Below are positions 51,775-64,000 of a stretch of DNA of 64,000 bases, in pieces. How positions within the stretch are numbered: the first letter of the stretch is position 1; the number at the start of each line of letters is the position of its first letter. The notes beneath the pieces were generated by a model. It was not told the DNA's origin. It saw nothing but the letters and a program-made list of their open reading frames with translations, and searched no databases. Made by a program: the position numbers and the translations under genes. Source of the DNA: Chiloscyllium plagiosum (lineage: Eukaryota); contig NC_057753.1 in NCBI RefSeq assembly GCF_004010195.1, positions 7,498,130-7,562,129 on the forward strand. The letters run 5' to 3'.

Positions 51775-52490
51775 AGAATCATAGCTTCAGAGAATATAGT
51801 ACAGAAATGACTCTTGCACCCAGTTAAGCTCTGCTACAGAAAATGGAATGCCCTTTCTCCTCGTGCAATACCGATTATCTTGATTGTCATGACAATTCAA
51901 GTTTTCATCCAAATTTATTAAGGTTTATTTTTTTTGTGAGGCCTACTTTCCCAGGCAATGAAATCCAGGTTCCCATCCCAGTTTAGAGTGAAATGCAAGT
52001 CTGCCTTAAATTCTCTCCAGCCTTTCAATTAAAGATTGTGACACTCACCTAGTAATTGACGTTTTGACGAAAGGTAATAGCTACCTTATATTCACCTTAA
52101 TGCCCTTAATAATTAGATTTCAGGTTCATGAACTCGTAAAGTGCAGTAAAGGCTGTTCTGATTATCGAGTGTGCTCTACTACAAACATTTGAGTTCCTGC
52201 ACGAATCCCACTTCCCAACATTAGGCTCACTGCTGTGAATGTTATGGTACTTAGAGGCATGTGTAAGTCTCTTTCCGTACTCTCGCGAACTTTTCTCGTT
52301 CAAAGAAAGCAATCTGAACTTATCCAGTCTAGCATCGAAGTTGAAATATGTCATGCTAGGCAAATTCTTTGTGAATCTACCTTGCGTCCTCTCCAATGCA
52401 ATCACATCCTTCAAATTGTATGGTAACCAGACTACAGACAGTACTCCAACTATGGTATAACCAAAGTTCTGTACAGTTCCAACAGGTTCT
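51775..52490 (-). mobile_element. CR1 LINE 3' fragment
   Basis: KDVIALERTQGRFTKNLP..RLDKFRLLSL. Confidence 0.8.
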
Positions 52491-53179
52491 CTGCAGTGTT
52501 AGGCTCAAAAATAGGATGTTCATATCTGTAGAGGTAGCCCACGATCAGAGTGGCATGTGTATGGTTGACGTAATGTCTGGTTTTTGCATAGGTATAGCTA
52601 TAGTAACACAATTACCTTGCCAGATTCAACATGAAAATGAGGCCATAGATTTGCTCAATGGTAGAAGAAGAGTTTTCGCAAGCTAGCAGCACCTACTTTG
52701 AGCAAATATGGTTACAAAATACTATACGGGCGTTCTGTAAAAAATAATAGCTGCATAATAGTGCAGGAGACAGGTTGATAAGAGATGCATGAGAATGGGT
52801 AACCTGAAATTGGTAGAAAGCATTGAAAAGAAAAAGTAGACTCCCACAGTAAGAGAGCCAAAAGGTATGAGTCAGATAATGCCTTGGAAAAACTTCTGCG
52901 ATCAGGCAAGTTCGTTTGAGGTGTGAATGTTATTCATTTTTTGTCTTTATAATAGAAAGAATGTTGACTTACTCGATAAATAGTTTAGTCATAGTCGGGG
53001 CAGTAAACCCCATGTAAGAAAAGAGTGATTATAGGAGTTATAATGCAACTGCAAGATAGAGAAGCTGCGTCTAACTGAGGACCCAAGGTCAGGTGGGAGA
53101 GAAACAGCTTTGAACTCATTACTAAAGAACGCCATGAGTAATTGTAAACATAAAACATCACATAAAACTAACTTTGAAA

Positions 53180-53745
53180 ATGTGGAGATGCCGATGTTGG
53201 AGGGGGATGGACTAACTCAACATTACTCGAAACCAGGTTATAGTCCAACAGTTTCATTTGAAACTGCAAGCTTTCGGAGCACTCCGCTCCTTCCAAACGC
53301 ACCAAGTGAGAGAGAATACATGAGACACAGAATTGCAAAGGAAATCATCAAGCGCTCGTACAACTTATGCATAAATATTGAACAAGCCTTGATGGCTATT
53401 AAGTGTTTAATCAGTGAGAATGGAGTTGCGATTGACTAACTTCTGAATGCCAGAACTTCTTTCAAGTCACTGCTCCAAGGACTTTATCAGAATAAAGCTG
53501 ACACCCGTGGTAGATAATGCATTTTGGGTGTGAGGTCATATTTTAACTATGTTTGTAGCTCAAACTGGAGACAGACCTGCTTTATTTCCAAAGTTGGAAA
53601 TTATAAAGTGTCACATTGACTGATTGTATGCTTTCTGAACAAAATGGAATCTATCTGCAAATACAAAACAGCAATAGCAAATTCACCACGCTCATTTATA
53701 TCTGTATGTGCGCGTGTTTGTGTGTCTGTTTTGGAGAAATGGTAC

Positions 53746-53781
<36 letters not shown>

Positions 53782-54372
53782 CGGTGTGTGTACGTGTGCG
53801 TGTTTGTAGCACGTGTATGAGTGAGAAAGAGGGAGGGAGTGGGCATGTGTGAGCGTGTGTGTACGTGCGTGTTCTTGAGAGGGTGTTTGCGTGCTTCAGA
53901 GAGAGTGTGCATGAGTGTGAGTGAGCTATTGCCTGTGAAAGAATGTAAGTTCGAGTCTGTATGTATGAGATTGGGTCTGGGTGAGTGTGCCTCTGTGAGA
54001 GATTGTGAGTATGTGTCTGTGCGTATGAGTGTGATCATGAGTGTATGTGGTCCGTTGAGGTCACCTTTAGTGTGACATGAACCTTAGATGCTAGTTGAGG
54101 CCATCCTCATGCTTATCAAACTTGTCTATCAGCCTCTGTTCTGCAACCATGCACTGTTTGTCCCAAAGTCCGCCATGAAGGATGTTTACCGGAAGACCTG
54201 AGGTTGAATGTCATTGATCACCGAAGTATCCACCGTTGCAATGGAGCATCTTTGCTTTTCATCTGTTGTGCAGTGTCCATGCATCTATTGTCATAGTGCC
54301 TGCTTGTTTTCGCCAATAATACATGAGTCGGGGCAGCCTTGCCTGCAACATTTTAGGAAAAGTAACATTGTA
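53180..54372 (-). mobile_element. Penelope-like element 3' part with decayed GIY-YIG endonuclease
   Basis: LKCCRQGCPDSCIIGENKQAL*Q*MHGH matches the Penelope C..C...YIGET...L..R...H motif; terminal repeat at 53180-53300 retains ggagc..gctcc-gaaagct of a hammerhead. Confidence 0.8.
53703..54050. repeat. (GT)n/(GA)n compound low-complexity tract
   Basis: Direct reading; lies inside the Penelope element. Confidence 0.85.
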
Positions 54373-57300
54373 AATCTTAGACTAATTAATAGAAACGAAC
54401 TTCCTTTTGTAAATCCTGTGATTAGAACTGCAGGAAATGCAAGATGAGGAACAGAATATGCACACCCATTGGAGATAAGCAAGTCTGGGAATGTCCAAAG
54501 GTGTATAACACTTAACTTTGGAATGTGAATTAATGAGATGCATTGTAAGATCCCAAGGCTTGATGATTCCAATGTCTGATAAACATTATGAAATCATTCA
54601 GAATCTAGGCCTGTCCATATTGATGTCCATCATTGATCACATCTTCCAAAGGATTGGTGTGTGTAGATTAAGGGGGAAAGAACAATGAAAATCTTGCATG
54701 CAATTATTTTAACGTGAAATGCATACAAATGCTATACTCAACTGAGGAGATCAGAAAGTAATTGACCTCTTTTCCAACCTCATAAGGCTATTAACATGGC
54801 GACTGGGCCATACCGTAAGATCATATTCAGAGTGCTCTCTGGTCTCTCCCAGACTCTGTGGAAATGAGCTGGAATATAGATTGTTCGCACTTCTGAACAA
54901 AGAGCATGAGTCTTGTGTTTGACATATCTCCACAAAATAATCAGGCCAGTAAAGGATAATTGCTAAGGGTTAGTTGGACATCACAACGAGCAATTAAATT
55001 GAAGTGGAAAAATGGACAAACGTAGGCCAGCTGAAAAAAGAACGGATTGGTTTTGCTGAGGGAGCTGTGTAACGTTGATTGTGTGAGAGGTTTTTTTGTG
55101 TGTAGTTAATAGGAAGCCACTAAGACAATGCTTTAAACTCGTTTTCTGCGTATTGGAATTTTTGGAAAAGTGCAGAATGGTCACATCTGACTGGTCTTTG
55201 TGACCATGGTGCTTGGGCTTCAGGACCATTGCCATGGAAACTGTCATAGACCTTCAAGTGCTATCTGTCATCCAGGGGAATATGTCTAAAGCTGTTTAAG
55301 CTAATAGATTCGTTCATTGTTTTTCCAATCTTTGAAGAGGATAAAGCTAATAAATTTCCCTTACATTCATGCGAACGTGTCTTTTATTTCTTTTGTAAAC
55401 ATCTTGATCTGATCCCCATTTCACAGTTTCGACCTAACAATACGGTTGGCACAGCAAAGTAAGTCCGAGCAAAATGCTCAAGTTTGAAAATGAGAACAAA
55501 TAATAGAGTCACACTCAGAATAAAATAAAGGTAATAAGGATGAATTAAGAGTCACACGGTATCAAATCGAGCTGAACATGATGTATTTAGGTGTAATTCC
55601 AAAATTAACAGTTTTCTCATGGAGAAATAAGAGCCTTTGTCCATGTGATTACTTTTGAATATGGAAACTGAGTTGGATGACTTGTCCACCACATTGGGCA
55701 CAGACGAGGTGGATACATAACAGCCTTCCATCAAATTTGATAGTTCAAAAAAAAAGCAGAAAATCAAGGATGCGTGGCATGATCTTAGGTTATGGATGTT
55801 ACATGTCAATGTTGCATTTGAAGTCACAAATATATAGGAATAAAATGTGAAAATGCACAAAAAGACAGTTTTCAGACATATGCACGTACTTGTCAACCTA
55901 CGTAATACAGCCGTAAAATTATCCTGGTGTGCACATGTGTTCTTTTTCCTTTGTCTTTGCTAATGCCAGTCGAATCGTAATTTCCATGGAAATAGTGTAA
56001 TAATATGTGATCTTTGTATTTCCATCTCCTACTAGAAGTGTATACATTCATGATTTCTGCCACATGGTGAAATACTCAGCTGGAACGGGCAGCAGGTATT
56101 TTCAATTTTTATGCCATTCTTCCAAATGTTTAATTTCTTGAAATATTTGGAAATGTGGTATTTTCTGCGAATTCTGCTTTTTCTTTCAAAATTAACGTTG
56201 TGATACATAGATGACTAGCTGTAGCAATAACTATATTATCCAGCAGTCGGCTGTGTCAGTCAGATTGCTCACAAAATATATTTCCATGAAAATTTATAGA
56301 CTCAAGTTATGTCATTATTTTCTGCACAATTAACAACACTACTCAACAATCTACTTGAAAGCTGATGCGATGATGTAAGCATTGGATTCATAGCCGTTTT
56401 ATGAAACAACCATTTGCATTGGTGGAAAGTGTGATTTGAAGATTGGCAGACATTGTGACAGTGAAAACTTTACCAAAGGCAGATGAACTGGTATTGCAAT
56501 ATTCCATTGTAGTCAGTGATAAGAAAGGAAGAAAGAATGAGAGGCTGTGGAGTACATTGTCACTTTCAGAAGTATGTGTGGTCCACGGGTCTTTGCCATC
56601 AATAAGAACGTTTGGAAATTATATCATTATTATAACGCTGAAGACTGTAACAGCCAGTTTGACAAAAAAAGGAGATAGACTACACCATGCAATGAATCGA
56701 TACTTCTTATTTTGCGCTGTGGATCAGTATCAATATTTTGTCAAAAGACATTGACCTGGAGACGAACAAGAACCATTGATCGGGAATTGATATTTTATCT
56801 ATTTTTCCAAGAAGCAGTGAAAGTTACTGATCCAAATCTCGATTACAACTGATTGTTTGTAAAACTAAATGGACAAATCAAAAATACGTTTCTTTACTGA
56901 ATAGGCATGAGTGACTTATATTGAAAAGAAATGAAATGATAGTTAGAAAACCTTCAGTTTTAGATTTTATTGAATTCAAATCCTGGTATTTGCCATGATA
57001 GGGATTGAATCCTGACCAACAGAGCATAAGTAAATATTTTGCATTACTAGCTCTGTGACATCACAATTTCTCAGAAGTGCTTGCAGAGTGCCACTTTTTT
57101 TGTGTTCTCATCAAACGTTCACGTCACATAGCGGGAATGGAACTGTGCTCATGTGTGGTCTGGATTCGTATGCATGTACAGGTTCGGTTGTCAGCAAAGA
57201 CCATCTCTCAAACACCACATGCACATAACCATATATATTTAAATAGTTCCAATATTTCAAGTGGCATTTGTTCACGAGACATTAATGGAGTTAAGCAACT

Positions 57301-57397
57301 CACTGCTCAGTCGTGTGAGCATAATGCTACATATATGGAGCATAACAGGTTTCATAGCGTGGTCTAAGCGCCTGGCAGGTAAATGCTTAACTGGCTT

Positions 57398-57404
57398 TAT
57401 AAAA
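57398..57404 (+). promoter_or_regulatory. Putative TATA box of gene C
   Basis: TATAAAA about 155 nt upstream of the ATG at 57558. Confidence 0.4.
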
Positions 57405-57557
57405 GCCAAATGGATTTTGTCAAAGCATAAACATGAGAATATCAACGACTTTAAGGTCATTCATGTTGAAAAATATAATTATTTCCCTGGTGGCTGGCAT
57501 TAACGATAAAATGTTACGATATTCCCATGTATCACAGAAGCTCACATTTCTGGAGAA

Positions 57558-57627
57558 ATGCACGGAATACCAAAGGATTCTGCATCTGCCATTTACTATC
57601 CTATCCTCGCAGCGATTGGGGTTCCAG
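57558..57627 (+). CDS. GPR139-like GPCR gene C, exon 1 (MHGIPKDSASAIYYPILAAIGVP)
   Basis: 70-nt exon from gaaATG to CCAG|GTAAAG; YYPILAAIGVP TM1 motif; phase 1. Confidence 0.9.
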
Positions 57628-57965
57628 GTAAAGGACAGCAGTTAATTACTGTTTGATGAAATTACACTTGATTTGACTCACTGCCTCATCTATCAGCCCT
57701 GCTTACTTGATTTTAATATGTGAACTTAACTTTTCTAAAAAGAAAGCTAACACGCATTCCACTTTGAGCTGACATATTTCCCACTTTTAGTGTATCAGTT
57801 TTAGTTTTAAACAGATACATTTCCAATTTAAAGCATGTATTTCTTGTTAGGGTCAAGTTCTCTCTTTCAGCAGTATGACTTCACATCTGCGCTTTGTTTC
57901 GTCACGTGATGGTGCAATTAAAGTGTTTACATTTCTGGTACTACCTGTCTTCTGCAACACCAGTT

Positions 57966-58700
57966 ATTGAATTGAATTGAATTGAATTTATTGTCACGTG
58001 TACCGAGGCACAGTGAAAAGCTTTGTCTTGCGAGCAAGACAGGCTGATCACATCGTTAAATAGCATCGATAAGTAAATAACAGGTTTAAACCAAACACAG
58101 CTGCAGGAGAATGCTACGACTTTGTGAGTTAATTCAGGATTATAATAACAGTCGAGTAGAAAGTGTTTCGAAACCCTTTGATGCGTGTGATCAGGTTTTT
58201 TTACTTTCTCCCCGATGGTTGAGCTTGTAGAAAAGCATTGCCAGGATTGGATGGATCTTTGAGAATGCTAGTGGCCTTTCCTTGACAGTAGGCCTGGTAG
58301 GTGGATTGCATGCATGCGTAAGTTGGCTTTAGTGATTGCCAGAGCCGAGGACACCACTCTGTGTAACCGTCTCCAACCTTGAATGGTATAGTTGCTATAT
58401 TAGTTAGTGATACGTCCAGACAGAATGCTCTCAATGGTACACCTATAAAAGCTGGCAAGGATATTCGCCGTCAAGTCAAGTTTTCTCTGCTACCTGATTA
58501 AGAAGAGATGGTGTTGGACGTTTGTAACCAGTGCTTCCACATGAAAAGTCCAAGAAAGCTTGTTATTGATGACCACTTCCTGGAAGTTGACACTCTCCAC
58601 TCGTTCCACCTCTGTGTTAATGTGTAGGAGGGCATAAGTAACATCTCGCCGAAAGTCAATAATAAGTTCATTGGTTTTGCTGGCACTGAGAGCTAGGGCA
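57966..58700 (-). mobile_element. Rex1/Babar-type LINE 3' fragment in the gene C intron
   Basis: KTNELIIDFR..EVERVES..NKLSW; SILKDPSNPG..PSGR; (TTCAA)n tail at 57966-57988. Confidence 0.88.
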
Positions 58701-59652
58701 CCATTTTTTCCAGGCCTTCCACCTAAACTCATAATTTGTATTTGTTCTTCTTGATTGTTGCATACTTGTAATATTATTTATTGATTCATTGTCGATGTTA
58801 GTATGAATAATATACCACACTTTCTTGCATTGAAAATGGAGATCCTTTATGTTATTTATTTGTCAAGGGCTATTTTGCAAATCACCCTCCTATTTGAAAC
58901 GATCTAATCATAAGTATCCCTACATTTAATTCAGAGAATGAACTTATTTATTATGTTCAGTCACCATTCGTCACTAAATGAGGAAATTACGACCCCTCTT
59001 TCAGCCTTCACATTCTGCCACCTTCTATGATTTAGCACTGCACGAGGTACATTAAGTGGCTTCCCAGATATGGTTCGGGATTCATCTAGGATTCTTGACA
59101 ATCTTGACCCTCAAAAACAGAAAAGTCCAATGACCTGTTTGTCTCCATCTGTTTGAACACATTTTCGAAACTTATATCGTATAGATTAGTAATTTTACGT
59201 TTATGAGTCTGAGAAGGGCATTTTACCACCTTTGAAAAATGCAGTCGAATTTAAACTCAAGTCTTTTTTCTTGGTTCCTTTCAAAAAAAAAGGTCGCCAC
59301 ATTAATCATCCTTTATACATTTTATGTTGTTACCTGACATTGCCACGCCAATTTTCTACTTATGGCAATAAGCGTGAAGACAATCAGCGCAGAAAGCATG
59401 CAGGTCGCGAAAATAGCAGTATTCAAATCGGCATCGTAGTTTAAACTGGAAAACTACTGAAAATCTTTGAAAACTGATCGCGGTTTGAATACGTAGGTTA
59501 GTGATTTTGTCATATACCAATCATCAATTGTCACCAACTCCAACTCCCCGAGCCCCCAAACTCAGCAGCTCCAACATCCCCATTTCAAAACCTCACAGAC
59601 ATAAGACTCTCATTTTTGTATGCTTACCTTTTGTATTCTGTGTTTGTTACAG

Positions 59653-60566
59653 CTAACGTGGTGGCTATTGCCGTTCTGTCCCAAGGAAGATGCGGTCTCT
59701 CCAGATGTGTCACTCGGTATCTGGTATTCATGGCAGTATCGGATCTTCTAGTTATCTTTGCTGCCGTAATCTTAAACAGAATTGTTGGTATTTACTTTCC
59801 AGTCAGTTTCCTTTCAATTACACCGTTATGTAGCCTCCGAGCTGTTTTAACTATTGTAACGTTAGGCAATTCTGCCTGGCTAACGGTGGCTTTTACTTTT
59901 GATCGATTCATGGCTATTTGTTGCCAGAAGATGAAAGAAAAGTATTGCACAGAGAAGATGGCAGCGTATGTTATTGGAATGGTTTTTATAGTGAGCTGCT
60001 TTATATGTTCCTTCCTGTATTACATATATGAACCGCTGTACATAATTAACAATACCCCCTGGTTCTGCAGCATAAAATTAATGTTTTATACATCATCAGC
60101 TTGGGTTGCATATGACCTGATTCTTCGTATTTTAACGCCTTGTCTCTCGTTCACCCTGATTCTGCTTCTCAATGCTCGGACTGTCAGACACATTCTAACT
60201 GCCAGTAAAGCTCGCAGGAGACTACGGACCAAAAGCAATGTTGAGAATAAGAGTGATCCAGAAATAGAGAACCGCAGGAAGTCTATTGTTTTACTCTTTG
60301 CAATTTCAGGCAGCTTCATACTGTTATGGATTTGGGTTCTAATAACTTTCCTGTATGTTAGGATTGCGAGAGTCAGCTATTTCTCCGGAACCACTTCCAA
60401 TGAATCAAACTTTATTTTGGAAGAAATCGGAATCATGCTTCAGATTTTGAGTTCTTGTATCAACCCATTTATTTATGCTGGGACCCAGAGTAAATTCAGG
60501 GATGAGTTGAAGAATGCTGTAAAAAATACAAAGAACCTGATGATAAATCTCATAAAGCAATTATGA
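59653..60566 (+). CDS. GPR139-like class A orphan GPCR (gene C), exon 2; full CDS join(57558..57627,59653..60566), 327 aa
   Basis: Acceptor tgtgtttgttacAG at 59651-59652; G|CT = Ala gives ANVVAIAVLSQGRC. Motifs SDLLV, WLTVAFTFDRFMAIC, PWFC, NPFIY, SKFR; stop TGA at 60564-60566. Confidence 0.95.
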
Positions 60567-61439
60567 AATTATTACGTTCTTGATATAACTTACCCATGTA
60601 TAATCTCAGTGCTCCTATCATCTGCTGGATTTGAACCTGTCACGTTATGGTCACAAGTTTTAATAATTCTTTGAAATGTAGAATCGGATGAAATCGAGAG
60701 AGTCATTAACCCTACTCATACTGTTCTGTCGTTCATTTGCATTATGTTTGATCTGTTTCTATTTAAAAAAGAATTCAGCTGTTTACTTCAATATCAATGC
60801 ATATTATACTCAAGAAAAAAAGCTAGTTTAAGAATTCTAAATTCACGCTGGCTGCCATAGATTTTGGTTCACTTCTTTTCACTCCATAGATTCATGTTGT
60901 GGTTCATGCTATGGTCCACTTCACTGTATCGTATTCTCCCTTTCAGTCTGTCTCTCTGTCTTGTTGCCTCTTTCTGGCTCTCACATGCACGAACTCGTGC
61001 GTGCCTGCATATGCTCACATCTTCTCCCCTTTCTCTGTCTGAATATCGAAATTGATGGTTATACCTTTCCTTGTGCTTGTGTGTCTCAGACTTCTTTTGT
61101 ATAGATGTTGAGTTACTAATTCATTAGTTCAGACAGAGGATAGTTGCTATTCCATGATCAACACAACAATAAAGTTGAGATAGTGATTTCGATCTAATAC
61201 AGGAGCAATTGTCTTCATGTTTTCAATCATTTCCCTCTGGAACCATGAAGTTTACAATGGGAACAAGAAAAGTGTATTAGCATGAATAGAAGGATTTTAG
61301 AACATCTTGTTATGAATCAGGAGATGACTTAAATTCTCACCGATCAAAATCGCAATGAACTCATTGTCTCCATCAAATAAGTTTTGTAACGCCTTGCATG
61401 CAACCAAAATTGCCAAACATCGACTGCAAAAGCATTCCA

Positions 61440-63200
61440 GGAACACAATTATGAAATTAAGTTTTAAACAAGGAGGAAATATTTTTAATAAATTTATGAT
61501 AGATGCATCTCTGAGATTATGGTACGGGGCATTCCTAAGAGATTGGAAATCTACATGCACTCTTTTGAAGGGAGAAAGTTACAATGTTAGATGTGGACTA
61601 TCAACCTCGTTAACAGTGCCACATGTAAGTCAAAATAGGATGACAAGAATCTCCATGTCTGCCAGATGCAAGTGTTCAAAGGGACATCTTACAAATCCGG
61701 AAGGGATGTGGGAATGTTCACTGCTGCAACTGAAAATGATTTGGAGGATTAAAGAAGTGAATTGGATCAAACTTGTCGAAGTTGAAAATAAGAATAGAGT
61801 GCAAAAGATAGTGCTGAATAGAAAATAGCAAGGATTATTAAATAATATAAATAATCTGAAAGTAAAATAATCTTAATTCGCATTCAGTTCTGCTGTTTCA
61901 CAGCAGCGAAGATTGATGTAGGTAAACGCCAAGGACAGGCAGACATGCGGGAATATAATGGATTTACAATAACAAAACCATTTCTTTTTAAGTCCAAAAA
62001 ATTCACATTTAAGGTTCAGAGTTACATGACCCAAAAAGTTATAATTTGGGAATAGAGAATGAGTCAGATTATTGCACAGAGCAAGGAGAGAATATATATC
62101 AGGGTGGAGGGCTAGTGACTTATTTTGAGAAAAAATAAATATGCAATTTGTCAGTAACAGAGCACGTGCGGAAATAGGAAATATTCAAAAAAATTTAAAA
62201 TTTAATTTTCTGGTGGTTAAATGTGTTCTTGTGCCAAAATAAAATGGTACACAAAGATTATGCATGGACTATCACAACGTCAATGCAAATGCAAAGTTTG
62301 ATTCATGTCCGATTCCACGTTTAGAAGACTGTATTGATAAGGATGGATACTCAACCTTTATTTCTAAGTTGGACTTACTCAGAGGATACTGACAAATACT
62401 GTTATCCGAAAGAGCGAAAACAATTTCAGCTTTGTGACACCAAATGCACTAGACCAATTTAAATTCATGCCATTTGGTATACAAATGCTCCAGGAAATTT
62501 AAAATACTAACCGATTAAGTCAGTTCTGGTTCATTCAATTGTGTACTGTGCACTGATGGCCGAATGATTTTTAATCACACACGGAAGGAACACTTGCAGC
62601 GTCCATTCGAATTGTTCAATTGACTTCAGGAGACCAGCTTTGCGATCAAATTACTGAACACAGAATTCAGAAAAGCTCCAGTTGTATCACTGTGCCATGT
62701 TATTGGAAATGGACGCTTAACCCCATTCGATGTGAAAAAAGGTTACTCTGGAGTTTTCCATACTGTCGACTGAGAAGACAGTAGTATGATTACTGGGTTT
62801 ACGGGAAGCTTTGTCCTTTAATGAGCAGTTTCGTCGATCCACTAACTGACTTACTGAAGTAGTACAGATTTCAGTACATGGCAAACTGTCAGAATGCATT
62901 GGATAGCCTGAAATCTGTGTCAAAAATTGTACAATATTAGCTACATCTAATTTACGCAAAGCCATTGAGGGTGGCTATCGACTGGAGTGACGTGGCTGTT
63001 AATGCTTTGCTCTAACAACAAAGGGGCGAGAAGATATTAAACCAATTGGATATTTTTTCTAAAAAAATAAATAGCTTGAAAAGAAATATTCCATGATAGA
63101 GAAGGATCGCTAACTTAGTATTGGCATTGCAGCTTTTCACAACCTAAACTGTCAGTGATGCATTCGAGACAATTGCATATTGTCAGCAAGCTAATTCTTT
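61440..63200 (+). mobile_element. Gypsy/Ty3 LTR retrotransposon pol relic
   Basis: VLVPK*NGTQRLCMDY..PIPRLEDCID..ISKLDLLRGY*Q..MPFG (RT, from 62221); IGYFSKK..KYS.IEK (RNase H, about 63040). Confidence 0.85.
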
Positions 63201-63344
63201 TCTAAAAGCAATTCCTTTTCTCAAGGATACTACGTCTTTGTTTTTTTTTCAGTGAGTAATAAACATTTTTTGATGCTGATTAGACTGTTATTTTACAGAG
63301 ATTAAAGGTTACTGAGATTATTTTGTGTTTATATGAAAACAGAT

Positions 63345-63845
63345 GAGACGTCAGGGCAAAGTGGACAAGTTTTAGAAATGACCTGTATAACCAAAAGGGA
63401 GAGGTCAGCTCTCCAGTTGAGCAGTTTAGTTCAGTGCAGCAATAGTTGGAGTTCAATAATGAGATATGTGGAAACTCCCTCTCTCTGTCTCTCTCTCTTT
63501 CCCTCTCTCTCTCTCTCTCTCTCTCTTTCTGCCCTTCTAACGTCAATGAGTAGGCATGTGTTCCATTTCTACCAGTGTTTAAGGAGGTTTGTTTATTGGA
63601 ACTGTTGTATGCATTCAGAGCAGCGTAATTAAGCCTAGTTTGATATGACTGAGTTCTGTAGGGGTTCATTAATTTGTTCTTTGTGTTTCGATGTGCAATT
63701 TTGTTGGTTTTAAAACCTGGTAATTAACCTCGCTAAATTAATCCTAGTAATTTTCACTGCACACTTACAGATAAAAATTGCAAAGTTGTGATCTGGGCTG
63801 CCTGACCATAAGAATGCTGTGAATGTTATGGCCCAGTTCATAACA
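63345..63845 (+). mobile_element. Probable 3' LTR of the Gypsy relic, containing a (TC)n tract at 63480-63526
   Basis: Follows pol and ends ...cagttcataaCA like the other LTR-type repeats in the window. Confidence 0.5.
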
Positions 63846-64000
63846 ATATAGTATTGGTAACACATTCAAATCATTCTAGACGTTATAAGACAAAAAATAG
63901 ACTGTTTTAACTGGAGTTTCCTATTTAAGCCATGCAAGTTTAAATTTACATAAATGGCAGGACGAGAAAATTTAATTGCTGGGACGTTTCCAAGACTTTG

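Noticed and set aside
53601..54075. 145-aa and 84-aa ORFs rich in His/Thr or Cys/Val
   Set aside because: Translations of (CA)/(GT)/(GA) low-complexity DNA.
59616..59652. ORF-track N-terminus MYAYLLYSVFVT of the 316-aa ORF
   Set aside because: TTG start within the polypyrimidine tract; it is intronic, and the real start is exon 1 at 57558.
63280..63669. 129-aa ORF with ERERER run
   Set aside because: (TC)n microsatellite inside an LTR.

Overview
Eukaryotic, AT-rich, repeat-dense DNA, almost certainly from an elasmobranch (shark or ray): it carries HE1-type V-SINEs with (ATCTA)n tails, HER1/CR1 LINEs, Rex1/Babar, RTE, Penelope and Gypsy relics. Most ORFs in the track are noise or transposon fragments, and GTG/TTG starts are not meaningful here. 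The host genes are three paralogues of a two-exon, GPR139-like class A GPCR family, all with a phase-1 intron at the same position in TM1. Two are complete and head-to-head: join(41145..41076,37673..36763) on the minus strand, 326 aa, and join(57558..57627,59653..60566) on the plus strand, 327 aa. The third is only exon 1 (7317..7008, minus), with a long N-terminus built from degenerate heptad repeats; its exon 2 was not found in the window. Other notable items: a shattered retrovirus-like relic (pol connection/RNase H plus a signal-peptide/furin-site env with a paramyxovirus-F-like layout) at 34.4-35.75 kb; two clusters of decayed tRNA genes; many Penelope ends with degenerate minimal hammerhead ribozymes; a recent ~300-bp inverted templated insertion into a SINE head; a recent 470-bp tandem duplication; and a Gypsy relic that appears to have Gmr1-like integrase-before-RT order. 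Family names come from recalled motifs, not database searches.
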